Sequence record: MT446407.1
DNA length: 64,000 nucleotides
Strand: one strand, 5' to 3'
Source of the DNA: Escherichia virus TH34
The notes below the pieces were generated by a model. That model did no database searches and was not told the origin of the DNA. It saw nothing but the letters and a program-made list of their open reading frames with translations. Shown piece after piece: positions 37,179-46,665 of this stretch. A program made the translations under genes and the position numbers. Positions within the stretch are counted from its first letter, which is position 1. Every line of letters begins with the position of its first letter.

Positions 37179-38969
37179 ATGTCAAAGATCATTTTAGGGG
37201 ATACAGGTTGTAAAGAATGTATCTCTCATGGTCGTGATAAGACCCACAATCACATGATTCTCTTCCGAAACGAAGAGTCCGGTGAAGAGTGGGGCAGTTG
37301 TAATCGTTGTGGTAGTTATGAAGTTTTCGAAAAGGGAACAACTCCTACACCGAATGAAAAGAAAGAACTATCCCCTGAAGAACTCCGAGAGATCTTAGAC
37401 GATTGCTTAGAGCTGCCTCAGGGTGAGCTTACTCGTCGTTTGATTCCTAAAGCTGTCTCTGAACGGTATGAATGCCGTATTGGTTTGAGTCAGACAGATG
37501 GGCAAACTCCTGATAGTTACTTCTTCCCTCGTGAACGTGATGGAAACATTGTTGGTTATGAAGTTAAGCTTCTAGACAGCAAGAAATTCTATTACATCGG
37601 CAGTGTTAAAGAAGCTGACCTATTCGGTATGGCTCAAGCACAACGCGGGGACGTGTACAACAAGAAGCTCTTCATCTTTGAAGACCCACTCTCTTGTATG
37701 TCTGGCTTCCATGTGCTCACTGCGTTCACGAACGCTACAAACATCAAACCTGCGTGTGTATCTCTACCGTTTGGTGCAGGTTCAATCTCTTCCGTTCTCT
37801 CACGTAACCGTGACTTCTTGAATGGTTTTGAGGAGATTGTGCTCTGCATGGACAATGATGATGCAGGTGAGATTGCATTAACTAAAGGTCGTGCATTATA
37901 TCCCCATGTTAAATTTGCTCGTATTCCGAAAGGAACCTTCACTTACAATGGTCAAGAGAAGGAAATCAAAGATGCAAATGACATGTTACTCGCTGGTCGA
38001 GGTCAAGAGCTATTCAACAATCTGAAATATTCAGCGAAGCGGGAATCACCTGCTGGTGCTGTTACTGTCTTTGATTGTTTAGAAGACGCTCTGAAGAAAG
38101 CGGAATGGGGTATTCCTTATCCGTGGAAAACTCTGAATGAAATGACCTTCGGCATTCGTTGGGGAGAGATGGTTGCAATCGGTGGTGGTGTTGGTTCAGG
38201 TAAAACCTTAATCGCACACGAACTGGTAGCATGGCTTTGCCTTGAGCATGGTTTTAATGGTGGTGGCTTCTTCTTGGAAGAGAAGGTAGGCATGTCTGTT
38301 AAAAACATTGCAGGTAAATCAGCATCTGTACCTTTCCACCGACCTGATGTTGAATATGAGGAATCTCAGCTACGTGACGAAGCACTCCGTTACGCTGACA
38401 AGTTCTTCTTGTATGACAACTTCGGACAGAATGAGTGGGATGATATTAAGCAGTGTATTCGCTTCTGGGTAGTTGAGAATCAGTGTAAGTTTATCATTCT
38501 TGATAACATCACTGCATTAGTTTCTCACCTAACTCCATCTGAGGTGAATACAGAAATCAGTAAGATTGCTTCAGAGCTTGCTGGTATGTGTAAGGAATTA
38601 GACTTCACTGCTTTTGTATTATCTCACTTGAATGCTCCGGCAGGTGGTGCTCCTCACGAAGAAGGTGGGCAGGTGAAAGAAGTTCAGTTCACTGGTTCAC
38701 GTTCACTGATGCGTTGGTGTCAGTGCATCATCGGTTTTGAGCGAGATAAGCAAGCGGATGGGTTAGGCAAGAACTTGTCAATCATACGACTTCTCAAGGA
38801 GCGTAACTACGGTCAGACAGGTGTTTGCTACACCAAGTATATCAATGAAACAGGTCGACTTGTAGAACGAGAAGATCACGAAGTTGATGAAGCTAATCCG
38901 TTTGTCTTGACCAATGGTGAGGATGCAGCTTCTCTGCTCACACAAGACGGGGAGGCACGACCTTGGTAA
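37179..38969 (+). CDS. DNA primase-helicase (T7 gp4-like)
   Basis: 596 aa; N-terminal Cys4 zinc ribbon (CKECISHG...CNRCG), TOPRIM-like [10 protein letters not shown], DnaB-type Walker [10 protein letters not shown]. Confidence 0.85.
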   Translation: MSKIILGDTGCKECISHGRDKTHNHMILFRNEESGEEWGSCNRCGSYEVFEKGTTPTPNEKKELSPEELREILDDCLELPQGELTRRLIPKAVSERYECRIGLSQTDGQTPDSYFFPRERDGNIVGYEVKLLDSKKFYYIGSVKEADLFGMAQAQRGDVYNKKLFIFEDPLSCMSGFHVLTAFTNATNIKPACVSLPFGAGSISSVLSRNRDFLNGFEEIVLCMDNDDAGEIALTKGRALYPHVKFARIPKGTFTYNGQEKEIKDANDMLLAGRGQELFNNLKYSAKRESPAGAVTVFDCLEDALKKAEWGIPYPWKTLNEMTFGIRWGEMVAIGGGVGSGKTLIAHELVAWLCLEHGFNGGGFFLEEKVGMSVKNIAGKSASVPFHRPDVEYEESQLRDEALRYADKFFLYDNFGQNEWDDIKQCIRFWVVENQCKFIILDNITALVSHLTPSEVNTEISKIASELAGMCKELDFTAFVLSHLNAPAGGAPHEEGGQVKEVQFTGSRSLMRWCQCIIGFERDKQADGLGKNLSIIRLLKERNYGQTGVCYTKYINETGRLVEREDHEVDEANPFVLTNGEDAASLLTQDGEARPW

Positions 38970-39511
38970 AGAAAATATTCGCCTTCGATATCGAGGGTGA
39001 TAATCTCTATGAGGGCATCCAAAATGTCTGGTGTATCTGGATATTTGATGTTCTTACAGGTGAACGGTGGGGGTATCGCCCTCACCAAATTGAAGAAGCT
39101 CTTCACAAACTGAAGGAAGCTGATATAGTTGTAGGACACAACATCATAGATTTTGACCTACCAGCTCTCTTTAAATTCTACTCTCATGTAATACCTTTCC
39201 ACTTCAATGTCTTTGATACACTTTGCCTGAGTCGTTATCTCAAGCCTGACCGTATTGGAGATAATCCAGAATATCCCAAAGGCGACCCTAGACATGGCCC
39301 TCGTGGTCATGGCCTCAAGCAATGGGGCGAATTTCTGGGTGAACTGAAGGGTGATTATGGTGAGCAGGAAGAAGCATGGGATGCATTCACTGAAGACATG
39401 TTCACATATTGTGAGCAAGACGTTAACTTAACAGTTAAGGTTTACATGTGTCTTTGCCAAATGGCAGGATTTGATTATAAGAATCCCCCATCTCTCAACT
39501 GGAAAATGTAG
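38963..39511 (+). CDS. stand-alone 3'-5' exonuclease (DnaQ/DEDD), probable proofreading subunit of a split family-A DNA polymerase
   Basis: 182 aa; Exo I FDIEGD, Exo [14 protein letters not shown], Exo III YCEQDV. Confidence 0.7.
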   Translation: MVKKIFAFDIEGDNLYEGIQNVWCIWIFDVLTGERWGYRPHQIEEALHKLKEADIVVGHNIIDFDLPALFKFYSHVIPFHFNVFDTLCLSRYLKPDRIGDNPEYPKGDPRHGPRGHGLKQWGEFLGELKGDYGEQEEAWDAFTEDMFTYCEQDVNLTVKVYMCLCQMAGFDYKNPPSLNWKM

Positions 39512-39513
39512 AA

Positions 39514-40950
39514 ATGATTAAGATTCCATTGTCTGAATTAAACCTTCAAGAAGGAGAAGCCCTCAGTGTAGGGCTTGACCTGATTCGTAATTTGATCAGA
39601 GATAACGTAGTCCCTGATGGTATCTATCCTGTTATTGCGGGTGGTGCTATCCGTGATACGTTCTTCCAAAATCGAACTCCGAATGACGTTGATATCTTCC
39701 TAGTTCAAGGAGGATTTCGTTGGAACACTCGTCAGGAAAACAGCCCTGCTAACGTGGGTAATGCTGCACTGTTCCTTGACAACTTCTTGTCTTGGACAGA
39801 GAGTAAAGGGCTTCAAACTACATCTCGCCTAGTTCAGCCTGTTAGTGGGACAAATTACGCTGAAGCACTTTTCACTTTCCAAGAGATTTTGGAAGTGGAG
39901 ATTGACGAAGTGAAGATTCAGATGATGATTAACCTCCCTCTGGATATGGATACTCTGAGAGGTCGCTTCCCTATGATTTGTCAAGGGTTTATGACTCTCG
40001 ATGATATGTATGTGTCGAACGAAGGTATGTTTGCAATGGCATATACTAATGATATCCCTGTGGTGACAAGTCGTGACATGAAGTATGTCCACAAAAAGTG
40101 GCCTGAAGCAACAGTTGCAGTTTACAGCAGTTCTACTGAGTATATGCACCTTGCAATGGGAGCTTTTGGTGAACCAGAAGTTCATCTGATCAGTGATTTA
40201 GTTGGGCCTATGGCTGGTGTAAACTTGTATCAGAATCAACGTCGCCACTACACCTTGAAGATGATGGAAACTGTATTAAATATTCCTCAGGAAGCGGGTC
40301 GTAACTATCTGGATGAAGAGGTTAACCTACAGACAGATTGGTCTAGTGAATTAACCACTATTGGTGTTGAAGCAATTACGCAGCCTTGGACTCCGGGAAC
40401 TGACAGACGTGACTCTTGGCAACAGACAAGATTCGCAGCACCTGCTACAGAGGCACCTCGTGATACTTTCACTGGTAGTTTTGGTAGTGCCCGTTCTTCT
40501 GGAATGGGTACTCGTACATGGCACGTCACTCATGATACAGGTGGAGTAACTGTTCGACCTGCTTCTTCTCCATCTATGGGTGATTTGCAGCGTTCCCGTC
40601 GTTCATGGGAAACAGTTAGCTCTGTTGTTCAGGGTCTACGTTCTAGTGATATAGAACGTGTAGAAGTTGGTGATTTGCCAACCCCTACAGAAGATCGGGT
40701 AGCAGCTATAGCGGCTCGTGAAGCTGCTCGTACTGGCTTTGCATCTTTAGCTAACGACGCTCGACCTGTTGGTCGTCGTAATGGTCTGGCTCATTCTAAC
40801 ACTGCACTTGGTGCAGAACTCCGAGCAACAGCTCGTGAATTAGTTGGTGAACTTGATAGTAACTTAGCAGGTGTTACGCTGACTCGTGAAACAGCTCGTA
40901 ACATGATTAACAATTTGACATCATCTGTACAAGGAAACAGAAACTCATGA
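39514..40950 (+). CDS. Pol-beta superfamily nucleotidyltransferase (CCA-adding / poly(A)-polymerase-like head) with low-complexity C-terminal half
   Basis: 478 aa; GGAIRD...DVD signature near N-terminus; C-terminal about 200 aa rich in S/T/R/A. Confidence 0.5.
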   Translation: MIKIPLSELNLQEGEALSVGLDLIRNLIRDNVVPDGIYPVIAGGAIRDTFFQNRTPNDVDIFLVQGGFRWNTRQENSPANVGNAALFLDNFLSWTESKGLQTTSRLVQPVSGTNYAEALFTFQEILEVEIDEVKIQMMINLPLDMDTLRGRFPMICQGFMTLDDMYVSNEGMFAMAYTNDIPVVTSRDMKYVHKKWPEATVAVYSSSTEYMHLAMGAFGEPEVHLISDLVGPMAGVNLYQNQRRHYTLKMMETVLNIPQEAGRNYLDEEVNLQTDWSSELTTIGVEAITQPWTPGTDRRDSWQQTRFAAPATEAPRDTFTGSFGSARSSGMGTRTWHVTHDTGGVTVRPASSPSMGDLQRSRRSWETVSSVVQGLRSSDIERVEVGDLPTPTEDRVAAIAAREAARTGFASLANDARPVGRRNGLAHSNTALGAELRATARELVGELDSNLAGVTLTRETARNMINNLTSSVQGNRNS

Positions 40951-41480
40951 GTCTTTTAGGTTCTCAAGAACTACACAACGTTATTGATAATGGCTTTTTA
41001 GATGCGGAGCATAAATATGTTAACGCTGCTAGCGTGGATATCCGTATTGGTGATACTATCCTTGTTGAAGAACAGGCTGACGGCATTGTTGACATTGATG
41101 CTAAAGAAAATCTCAAGTGGAAAGAAGTGAAAATCCCTGAAGATGGTATTGTCATCACTCCGGGACAATTCTTCTTAGCTCACTCAATGGAAGAGTTTAA
41201 CCTTCCAGATAACATCTCAAGTCTGTTTGTACTTCGCTCCTCAATGGCTCGTTGTGGTTTGAACCACTTACATGCTGGTTGGGCTGATGCAGGGTTTAAC
41301 AGCAGTAAGCTGACCTTTGAATTCCATAACGTTACCCACAACCACAGCTTACGAGTTCGTGCTGGGATGCGTGTTGGTCAGATGGTTATGTTTGAACACT
41401 CTCACGCTGGTGATGATTCCTATGCAGTGAAGGGTCGTTACAATGGCAGCAATGGGGTAGTTGCATCTAAAGGTGTATAA
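40947..41480 (+). CDS. dCTP deaminase / dUTPase-superfamily protein
   Basis: 177 aa; N-terminal LGSQELHNVIDNGFL and SVDIRIG pattern resembling Dcd-type enzymes. Confidence 0.5.
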   Translation: MSLLGSQELHNVIDNGFLDAEHKYVNAASVDIRIGDTILVEEQADGIVDIDAKENLKWKEVKIPEDGIVITPGQFFLAHSMEEFNLPDNISSLFVLRSSMARCGLNHLHAGWADAGFNSSKLTFEFHNVTHNHSLRVRAGMRVGQMVMFEHSHAGDDSYAVKGRYNGSNGVVASKGV

Positions 41481-41485
41481 CCAAG

Positions 41486-41677
41486 ATGAAAGAAGAAAAA
41501 GCTACTTACTTAGCTATTGGTTTTGTAGTTGGGGCATTTGCTATGGGAGTATTTATATCTAACGTTGGTCCAGATTCTAGCGTTAAGATTGAGACGAGAA
41601 GAGCCGCTTGTGAAATAAATCTCCCTCGTAATCAGGTCTGTGTAATGCAGTTTGTCCCTAAATCGGTTGACAGATAA
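41486..41677 (+). CDS. small membrane protein
   Basis: 63 aa with one TM segment (YLAIGFVVGAFAMGVFI). Confidence 0.4.
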   Translation: MKEEKATYLAIGFVVGAFAMGVFISNVGPDSSVKIETRRAACEINLPRNQVCVMQFVPKSVDR

Positions 41678-41889
41678 TGGAGTTTGGAACAATGAAAAGA
41701 CGTTGGGTAGTTCGTATTCACTGGAGCAGTGGTACAGAGTCAATGGGTATTAGGAATACCCGTCAAGAAGCTCGCGCTCATAAGAAGTTCTTGTTAAGTT
41801 GTGAAAGCACAATTAATAAGATCACTATCCACAAAGCTCAAGACTTTAAATCAGGTCGTTTCTATATCAGCGGAAAGGTACATTACTAA
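41677..41889 (+). CDS. TRQEAR-family small protein, paralog 1
   Basis: 70 aa; W..R..W....G....NTRQEARAHKK ... ending ...Y; shared with 41889 and 43752 ORFs. Confidence 0.45.
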   Translation: MEFGTMKRRWVVRIHWSSGTESMGIRNTRQEARAHKKFLLSCESTINKITIHKAQDFKSGRFYISGKVHY

Positions 41890-42104
41890 TGGATAAATTA
41901 TGGGCAGTTCGTACTAAATGGGCTAACAAAGCTCTTGGTGGTGATTGTATTCAATTATTCAACACAAGACAAGAGGCTCGTCTTGCTAAGAAAACTATAA
42001 AAGCTACAAAAGCTTTAGGAATCGCTGAAAAGGTGGAGATTCATCGTTGGATTGAAAATATCCAGAACAGTGCTGGATTCATATCCAGCAAGGTTTATTA
42101 CTAG
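41889..42104 (+). CDS. TRQEAR-family small protein, paralog 2
   Basis: 71 aa; WAVRTKW...NTRQEARLAKK. Confidence 0.45.
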   Translation: MDKLWAVRTKWANKALGGDCIQLFNTRQEARLAKKTIKATKALGIAEKVEIHRWIENIQNSAGFISSKVYY

Positions 42105-42156
42105 TTGGTAGTAGATATGATAACTCTCAAATGTATATACAGTATAAGAATATTGT

Positions 42157-42504
42157 ATGAAACAGGAGAGAGTTATGTTAGATTTGAGTAAAGTGGCCCC
42201 GCCATCTGAAGAGATTAGCAAAGCTAAAGTTATGCAGCAGTTCTATCATCGTGATATGCTTGGTCGTTATATCAAGAATCGTGATGTTGTTGCATGGTCT
42301 ATTGGAAATCAAGGTTATCTTCTCAAAGTGTTGCAAGTTACTGGCTCAACAGCCAAGCGAGTCAAAGTCTATGACCCTGAAATGGGGCGTTCTAAGTCTG
42401 TAGACCCACAGAATTGCATTGTTATTACCCAGCAGGTCATGGACAACATTGCTCGTAACGTAGCCAATTCAACCAATTTAGAAGGAGAGACTCCTAATGC
42501 ATAA
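42157..42504 (+). CDS. hypothetical protein
   Basis: 115-aa ORF. Confidence 0.4.
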   Translation: MKQERVMLDLSKVAPPSEEISKAKVMQQFYHRDMLGRYIKNRDVVAWSIGNQGYLLKVLQVTGSTAKRVKVYDPEMGRSKSVDPQNCIVITQQVMDNIARNVANSTNLEGETPNA

Positions 42505-43063
42505 TAATGTCTTCGACTTACCTGAACTAACACGAGTGGGTTCTAGTAACCCATTCTCTACAACTGACTCCTCTATCTCTCGTCTTGAGGGAATGAATAA
42601 ACTGATCAGCGGTAACAGTCTAGAGCACATCCTATGCGGTGTGCAGGCTAACCTTGAGCTTCTACACATCAAAGCAAAGAATTACCACTGGAACGTCTCT
42701 GGAGCTGGTTTCCAAGGTGTTCATGGTATGTTCGATGAATTAGAAGACTATGCTCGTGAAACAGGAGACCGAGTAGCTGAGCGAATGCGTTATCACTGTA
42801 TCAAAGTGGATGCAACAGCTAGTAGCTATCTTAGTTGTGCTTGGTTCAGAGAAGGTAGTGCTGATCTCGACATGGACGGTATGCTTTCCGACATGTGCAT
42901 GACTCTGATGTGTATCATTGAAAAGATGGACGAGTTTGATTCAGACTTGTGCACTTATCCAGTAGACCAGAGTATGCTTCAAGAAATTAATGAAGGTCTT
43001 GGCAAGTTCTGTTACTTCGTCAAGAGCAACATGTCCCACTCTAGTGGCGATGTGTCTTACTAA
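42497..43063 (+). CDS. Dps/ferritin-like protein
   Basis: 188 aa; LELLHIKAKNYHWNVSGAGFQGVHGMFDELEDYARETGDRVAERM closely follows the Dps helix pattern (HW..G..F...H..FDE....D..AER). Confidence 0.55.
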   Translation: MHNNVFDLPELTRVGSSNPFSTTDSSISRLEGMNKLISGNSLEHILCGVQANLELLHIKAKNYHWNVSGAGFQGVHGMFDELEDYARETGDRVAERMRYHCIKVDATASSYLSCAWFREGSADLDMDGMLSDMCMTLMCIIEKMDEFDSDLCTYPVDQSMLQEINEGLGKFCYFVKSNMSHSSGDVSY

Positions 43064-43084
43064 TCAAACCTCCGCCCTGTCTCT

Positions 43085-43306
43085 TTGTTTAAGAGGTGGG
43101 GCGAACTTCTTTATAAGGATGTGAATATGTTTTCAGCAATCGTATGGTCTGTGTGGGCAATTCTTGTTGGTGGTATTGTTTATCTGGCTCAAAAGCAAAT
43201 GCTTAAAGAAAATCCAAATGATGCCAAACCTATTAAACATGGTAGCATTGCTCTGGTAGTTTTCTCTGTTGTTATTCCTTTCCTTCTCCACCTGTGGACT
43301 GCATAA
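43085..43306 (+). CDS. small membrane protein (2 TM), holin-like topology
   Basis: 73 aa with two hydrophobic helices separated by a charged loop. Confidence 0.4.
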   Translation: MFKRWGELLYKDVNMFSAIVWSVWAILVGGIVYLAQKQMLKENPNDAKPIKHGSIALVVFSVVIPFLLHLWTA

Positions 43307-43483
43307 TGAAATTAAACCTCCCTGAAGAATTACAAGCACATGCCATTATCATTAGTGGCTGTGTGATGGGTCTTGGTCAGACAAAGAAGATTGCTCATGA
43401 CTTAGCAAAAGGTCAGTATAAATCTTTTATTGTTGTTCCTGCTACCCAGCGTCATATCAACCTGTTTATTAACAAGGAATAGA

Positions 43484-43759
43484 ATGAGTAAAGTAATTAA
43501 GTTTTATAGTAATTCATGTGCTCCATGTGCAGCTATGGCTCCTGTGTTTAAGAAGGTTGTGGCTGACTACAGTGTAGAAGTTGAAGAAGTAAATATCTCT
43601 GAAGGTGATGGTCGAGAGCGAGCCATTGAATATGGTGTTCGCAGTATCCCAGCCTTTGTCGTCCCTGATAAGAATAGTGGCGCTCATTACAGCTTATCAG
43701 GTATTCAAACTGAATCTAATCTCCGTGCATTTTTAGACACGGCTCTGAAAGGTGTTTAA
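43484..43759 (+). CDS. thioredoxin-like protein
   Basis: about 91 aa from ATG 43484 (RBS aaggaa); CAPC active-site motif in FYSNSCAPCAAMAP. Confidence 0.6.
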   Translation: MSKVIKFYSNSCAPCAAMAPVFKKVVADYSVEVEEVNISEGDGRERAIEYGVRSIPAFVVPDKNSGAHYSLSGIQTESNLRAFLDTALKGV

Positions 43760-43976
43760 TATGGAAAAGAAACCTTGGACTACTTTTTGGGTAGTTAAGT
43801 GGTTTAATTTTGATAGCACAATCCCTAGCTTCTCCTCATACACAACACGGAGAGAGGCTCGCCGCTTTAAGCGAGCTTTAAAAATTGCTAACACTGGCGC
43901 TTCTAAGATTACAATTCAGAAAGGGATTGAAACAGAAAGTGGAAGCAACATGATTTATAAAAAGATTCATTATTAA
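43752..43976 (+). CDS. TRQEAR-family small protein, paralog 3
   Basis: 74 aa; WVVKWF...TTRREARRFKR. Confidence 0.4.
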   Translation: MFNMEKKPWTTFWVVKWFNFDSTIPSFSSYTTRREARRFKRALKIANTGASKITIQKGIETESGSNMIYKKIHY

Positions 43977-43980
43977 GGAA

Positions 43981-44454
43981 GTGATGTTATACGGTAATTT
44001 GGAATACAACCCTGAAACTGGAGACTTCTTTAGGAATAGCAAAAAGCTAGGAGGAAAGAGGAGCAAGTATGCAACCCTTCGGTTTCAAGGTAAAGTAAGA
44101 AAAGCACATGTGGTTGCTTGGTTTATTTATTATGGGGAGTGGCCTACTTCTCAAATAGACCATGAAGATGGTAATAAGAGGAACAACTCAATCTCTAATC
44201 TTCGATTAGTAGACACCTCTACTAACTGTCACAATCAGTTTGGTGCAAGATCTTCAAACATACAATCAGGTTTTCAAGGGGTTAAAGTTGTTAAGTACAA
44301 ATCAGGCACTATTCGATATAGAGCAGTTATTTGTATTAATGGCAAAGATATACACCTAGGGATGTATGGAACTCCTGAAGAAGCACATCAAGTCTATATA
44401 GAACGGAAAAAGGAACTTTTACGTGAACGAACAACTAACAGCAACATTGATTGA
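43981..44454 (+). CDS. HNH homing endonuclease
   Basis: 157 aa; H-x-(D/E)-G-(N/D)-x-x-N-N motif DHEDGNKRNNSISNLRLV. Confidence 0.65.
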   Translation: MMLYGNLEYNPETGDFFRNSKKLGGKRSKYATLRFQGKVRKAHVVAWFIYYGEWPTSQIDHEDGNKRNNSISNLRLVDTSTNCHNQFGARSSNIQSGFQGVKVVKYKSGTIRYRAVICINGKDIHLGMYGTPEEAHQVYIERKKELLRERTTNSNID

Positions 44455-45073
44455 ACATATGGGAAGCGATAAATCCGTTGTGAATGCGGCAAGGGTTTCT
44501 TTTGGTGTTGTACGAGAAGGTGATTTAAATGAACGTGATGAAAGACTCATTAAATTCTTGGCAAGGGAAAAACACTGTACACCATTTCGTCATCCAACAA
44601 TTAGCTTCCGATGCAAAGCGCCAATCGCAATTGCACGACAACTTGGAAAACATCAAGTGGGGTTCTCGTGGAACGAAATGTCCCGGCGGTATAAAGATGG
44701 AGCAGTTGAACTCTTCATCCCTAAAGAGATTTTTGAAAGACCTTCGGACCTCCATGCAGGTGCAGGGAATCTCCTCACCACAGGAGCACAAAACTCTGCA
44801 CTAGTTCTGATTAACCGAGCATATGAAACAGCTCTTGAGTCGTACGATGAATTGATTAAGTTCATTGCTCCAGAACAAGCTCGATTCGTATTACCTCAGG
44901 GTATGATCACTGAGTGGGTATGGACTGGTTCTCTATATGGTTGGTCAGAGTTGTGTCGTCAGCGACTGTCAGACCATGCTCAGTATGAGGTGCGTTTGTT
45001 CGCATCAACAATTGATGAAGAGCTTCGTAAAATATATCCAATCTCTTGGGATGCATTACGTGAAGCCCACTAA
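44423..45073 (+). CDS. ThyX-like (flavin-dependent thymidylate synthase family) protein with divergent signature
   Basis: 216 aa; H..PF.H...SF......IARQL followed by GKHQ in the position of the canonical RHR, then SWNEMSRRY (ThyX S-x-x-x-S-x-R-Y-like). Confidence 0.5.
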   Translation: MNEQLTATLIEHMGSDKSVVNAARVSFGVVREGDLNERDERLIKFLAREKHCTPFRHPTISFRCKAPIAIARQLGKHQVGFSWNEMSRRYKDGAVELFIPKEIFERPSDLHAGAGNLLTTGAQNSALVLINRAYETALESYDELIKFIAPEQARFVLPQGMITEWVWTGSLYGWSELCRQRLSDHAQYEVRLFASTIDEELRKIYPISWDALREAH

Positions 45074-45245
45074 AGTATGTAGCTTCTGTCGAAAGCAGAA
45101 GCTTCTTATCAATTTCAAACTGAACGAGGAAACAGGTTTGGGTCATGCTTTTTGTCATGATTGCAGGCACTACCTCGAACAGAAGCAATACATAAACTGG
45201 TTGCATTACTACAACCCTAACATCTATAAGCACAAGGTTATCTAA

Positions 45246-45725
45246 ATGAAAGCTATTTTTGAAGGAAGGGAGTATGATGTTCCTGATTGGGTTAAATACA
45301 TAGCCCGTGACTATGATAATCTGGTTTGGGCATATGGAGACGTAAGACCTGTGTTTAATGAAAACACTGGTAGTTGGTCTAACATGTCAAAATTACCAGG
45401 ATTTATTCGGGCACTTGGCTCTTCTAGTCGTCCTGTAGGTTTCGCTGCTGACTCACTTGTTGAGGTTGGTGTTGAAAAGGAAATAGACAAGCCAGAAACA
45501 ATTTGGGTTCTATCTTCAAGCACCCCAATTAAAGGAAGTCGTGGGATTTCCTTCTATGTTGAGCCTGTCGCTTACTTCAAAAACAAGCCGACCATTAATG
45601 CTCTGATGTTAAAGAACATTCCTTATTCACAAGTTGCTACTTTGTTAGATAACGGAACAGTGCTTGTTGAGAATAATGGGACAAATCAAATCTTTTATGA
45701 TTTAGAAGAAAGGGTTTTAGAATGA
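45246..45725 (+). CDS. hypothetical protein
   Basis: 159-aa ORF. Confidence 0.45.
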   Translation: MKAIFEGREYDVPDWVKYIARDYDNLVWAYGDVRPVFNENTGSWSNMSKLPGFIRALGSSSRPVGFAADSLVEVGVEKEIDKPETIWVLSSSTPIKGSRGISFYVEPVAYFKNKPTINALMLKNIPYSQVATLLDNGTVLVENNGTNQIFYDLEERVLE

Positions 45726-45934
45726 AAGGTTTAGTGTTAGGAAAACACCGTTTTACTTTCCGCATCTCCGACAGGAACCCATACCCTACCAAGATTGAAC
45801 CTTACGAGATCATCTCTGAAGTGTTTATCTGGCCTTGGCAGAGTATCTATGATGTTGCTCTTAAGTCCAAGAAGAAGCTGATACCTGTTGGTATTTGGGC
45901 TGATGTTGATTTAGTTAAAATCGAAAAGGTTTAA
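45722..45934 (+). CDS. hypothetical small protein
   Basis: 70-aa ORF. Confidence 0.35.
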   Translation: MKGLVLGKHRFTFRISDRNPYPTKIEPYEIISEVFIWPWQSIYDVALKSKKKLIPVGIWADVDLVKIEKV

Positions 45935-45935
45935 A

Positions 45936-46166
45936 ATGAAAGTTTGGATATTGACACGAGAGATTAACCAGTATGACCAAGATGGTGCATATTTTGAAGC
46001 AGTCTTTCTGAATAAACCAACAGCTGAGCAATTAGCAGAAGCTGGTGTATCTTCCTATTGTATTGACTATACGTTAAAACAAACCCACTCTGATGGCTCT
46101 TGTGGTGGTCGGTCTGAACACATGGAAGATGAATGGTGGCTTTTAGAAGAGATTGAGGTTAAATAA
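45936..46166 (+). CDS. hypothetical small protein
   Basis: 76-aa ORF. Confidence 0.35.
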   Translation: MKVWILTREINQYDQDGAYFEAVFLNKPTAEQLAEAGVSSYCIDYTLKQTHSDGSCGGRSEHMEDEWWLLEEIEVK

Positions 46167-46487
46167 ATGATCAACGATAATACATTTAGGACTGGTAACG
46201 GAAACGAGATTAGTCCTGCTGAAGTGATTAAACGACACAGAACGCAGATGCTTATCCATTCCTATTTGTATTATTGGTTGGATGACCCAATCTGGTCTGA
46301 TGACAAATGGCAACAAGTGGCTGATGACTTAACCACTTTACAAGAGATGTATCCTGAGCCTATTGAATTCTTTGATTCAGAGTTCAATGGATGGAATGGC
46401 TCTACTGGTATGCACCTCCCTCATGACGAGCGTATAGCTTGTATGGCTACCGAAGTATATCGTTTACATAAGGACAAATCTATCTGA
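46167..46487 (+). CDS. stand-alone NAD-dependent DNA ligase domain-Ia-like protein
   Basis: 106 aa; LIHSYLYYWLDDPIWSDDKWQQVADDLTTLQEMYPEP resembles the LigA N-terminal Ia segment (YY.LD.P.ISD.EYD.L...L..LE...PE); no adenylation domain. Confidence 0.45.
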   Translation: MINDNTFRTGNGNEISPAEVIKRHRTQMLIHSYLYYWLDDPIWSDDKWQQVADDLTTLQEMYPEPIEFFDSEFNGWNGSTGMHLPHDERIACMATEVYRLHKDKSI

Positions 46488-46665
46488 AATGTTTTAAATG
46501 TGAATCCACACTTCTCCATCTGGACTCGAAAGTAATACGAGAGCTTGCTAAAGGCTCTCCGACGAAAGGGAAGAATAAGAAATTTGTCGAAGTTAAGGTT
46601 ACAGGTACTCATTGTTCAGAGTGTAAATCCTGTAGCTACACGTATGAAGAACTTGGAGGTAGAAA

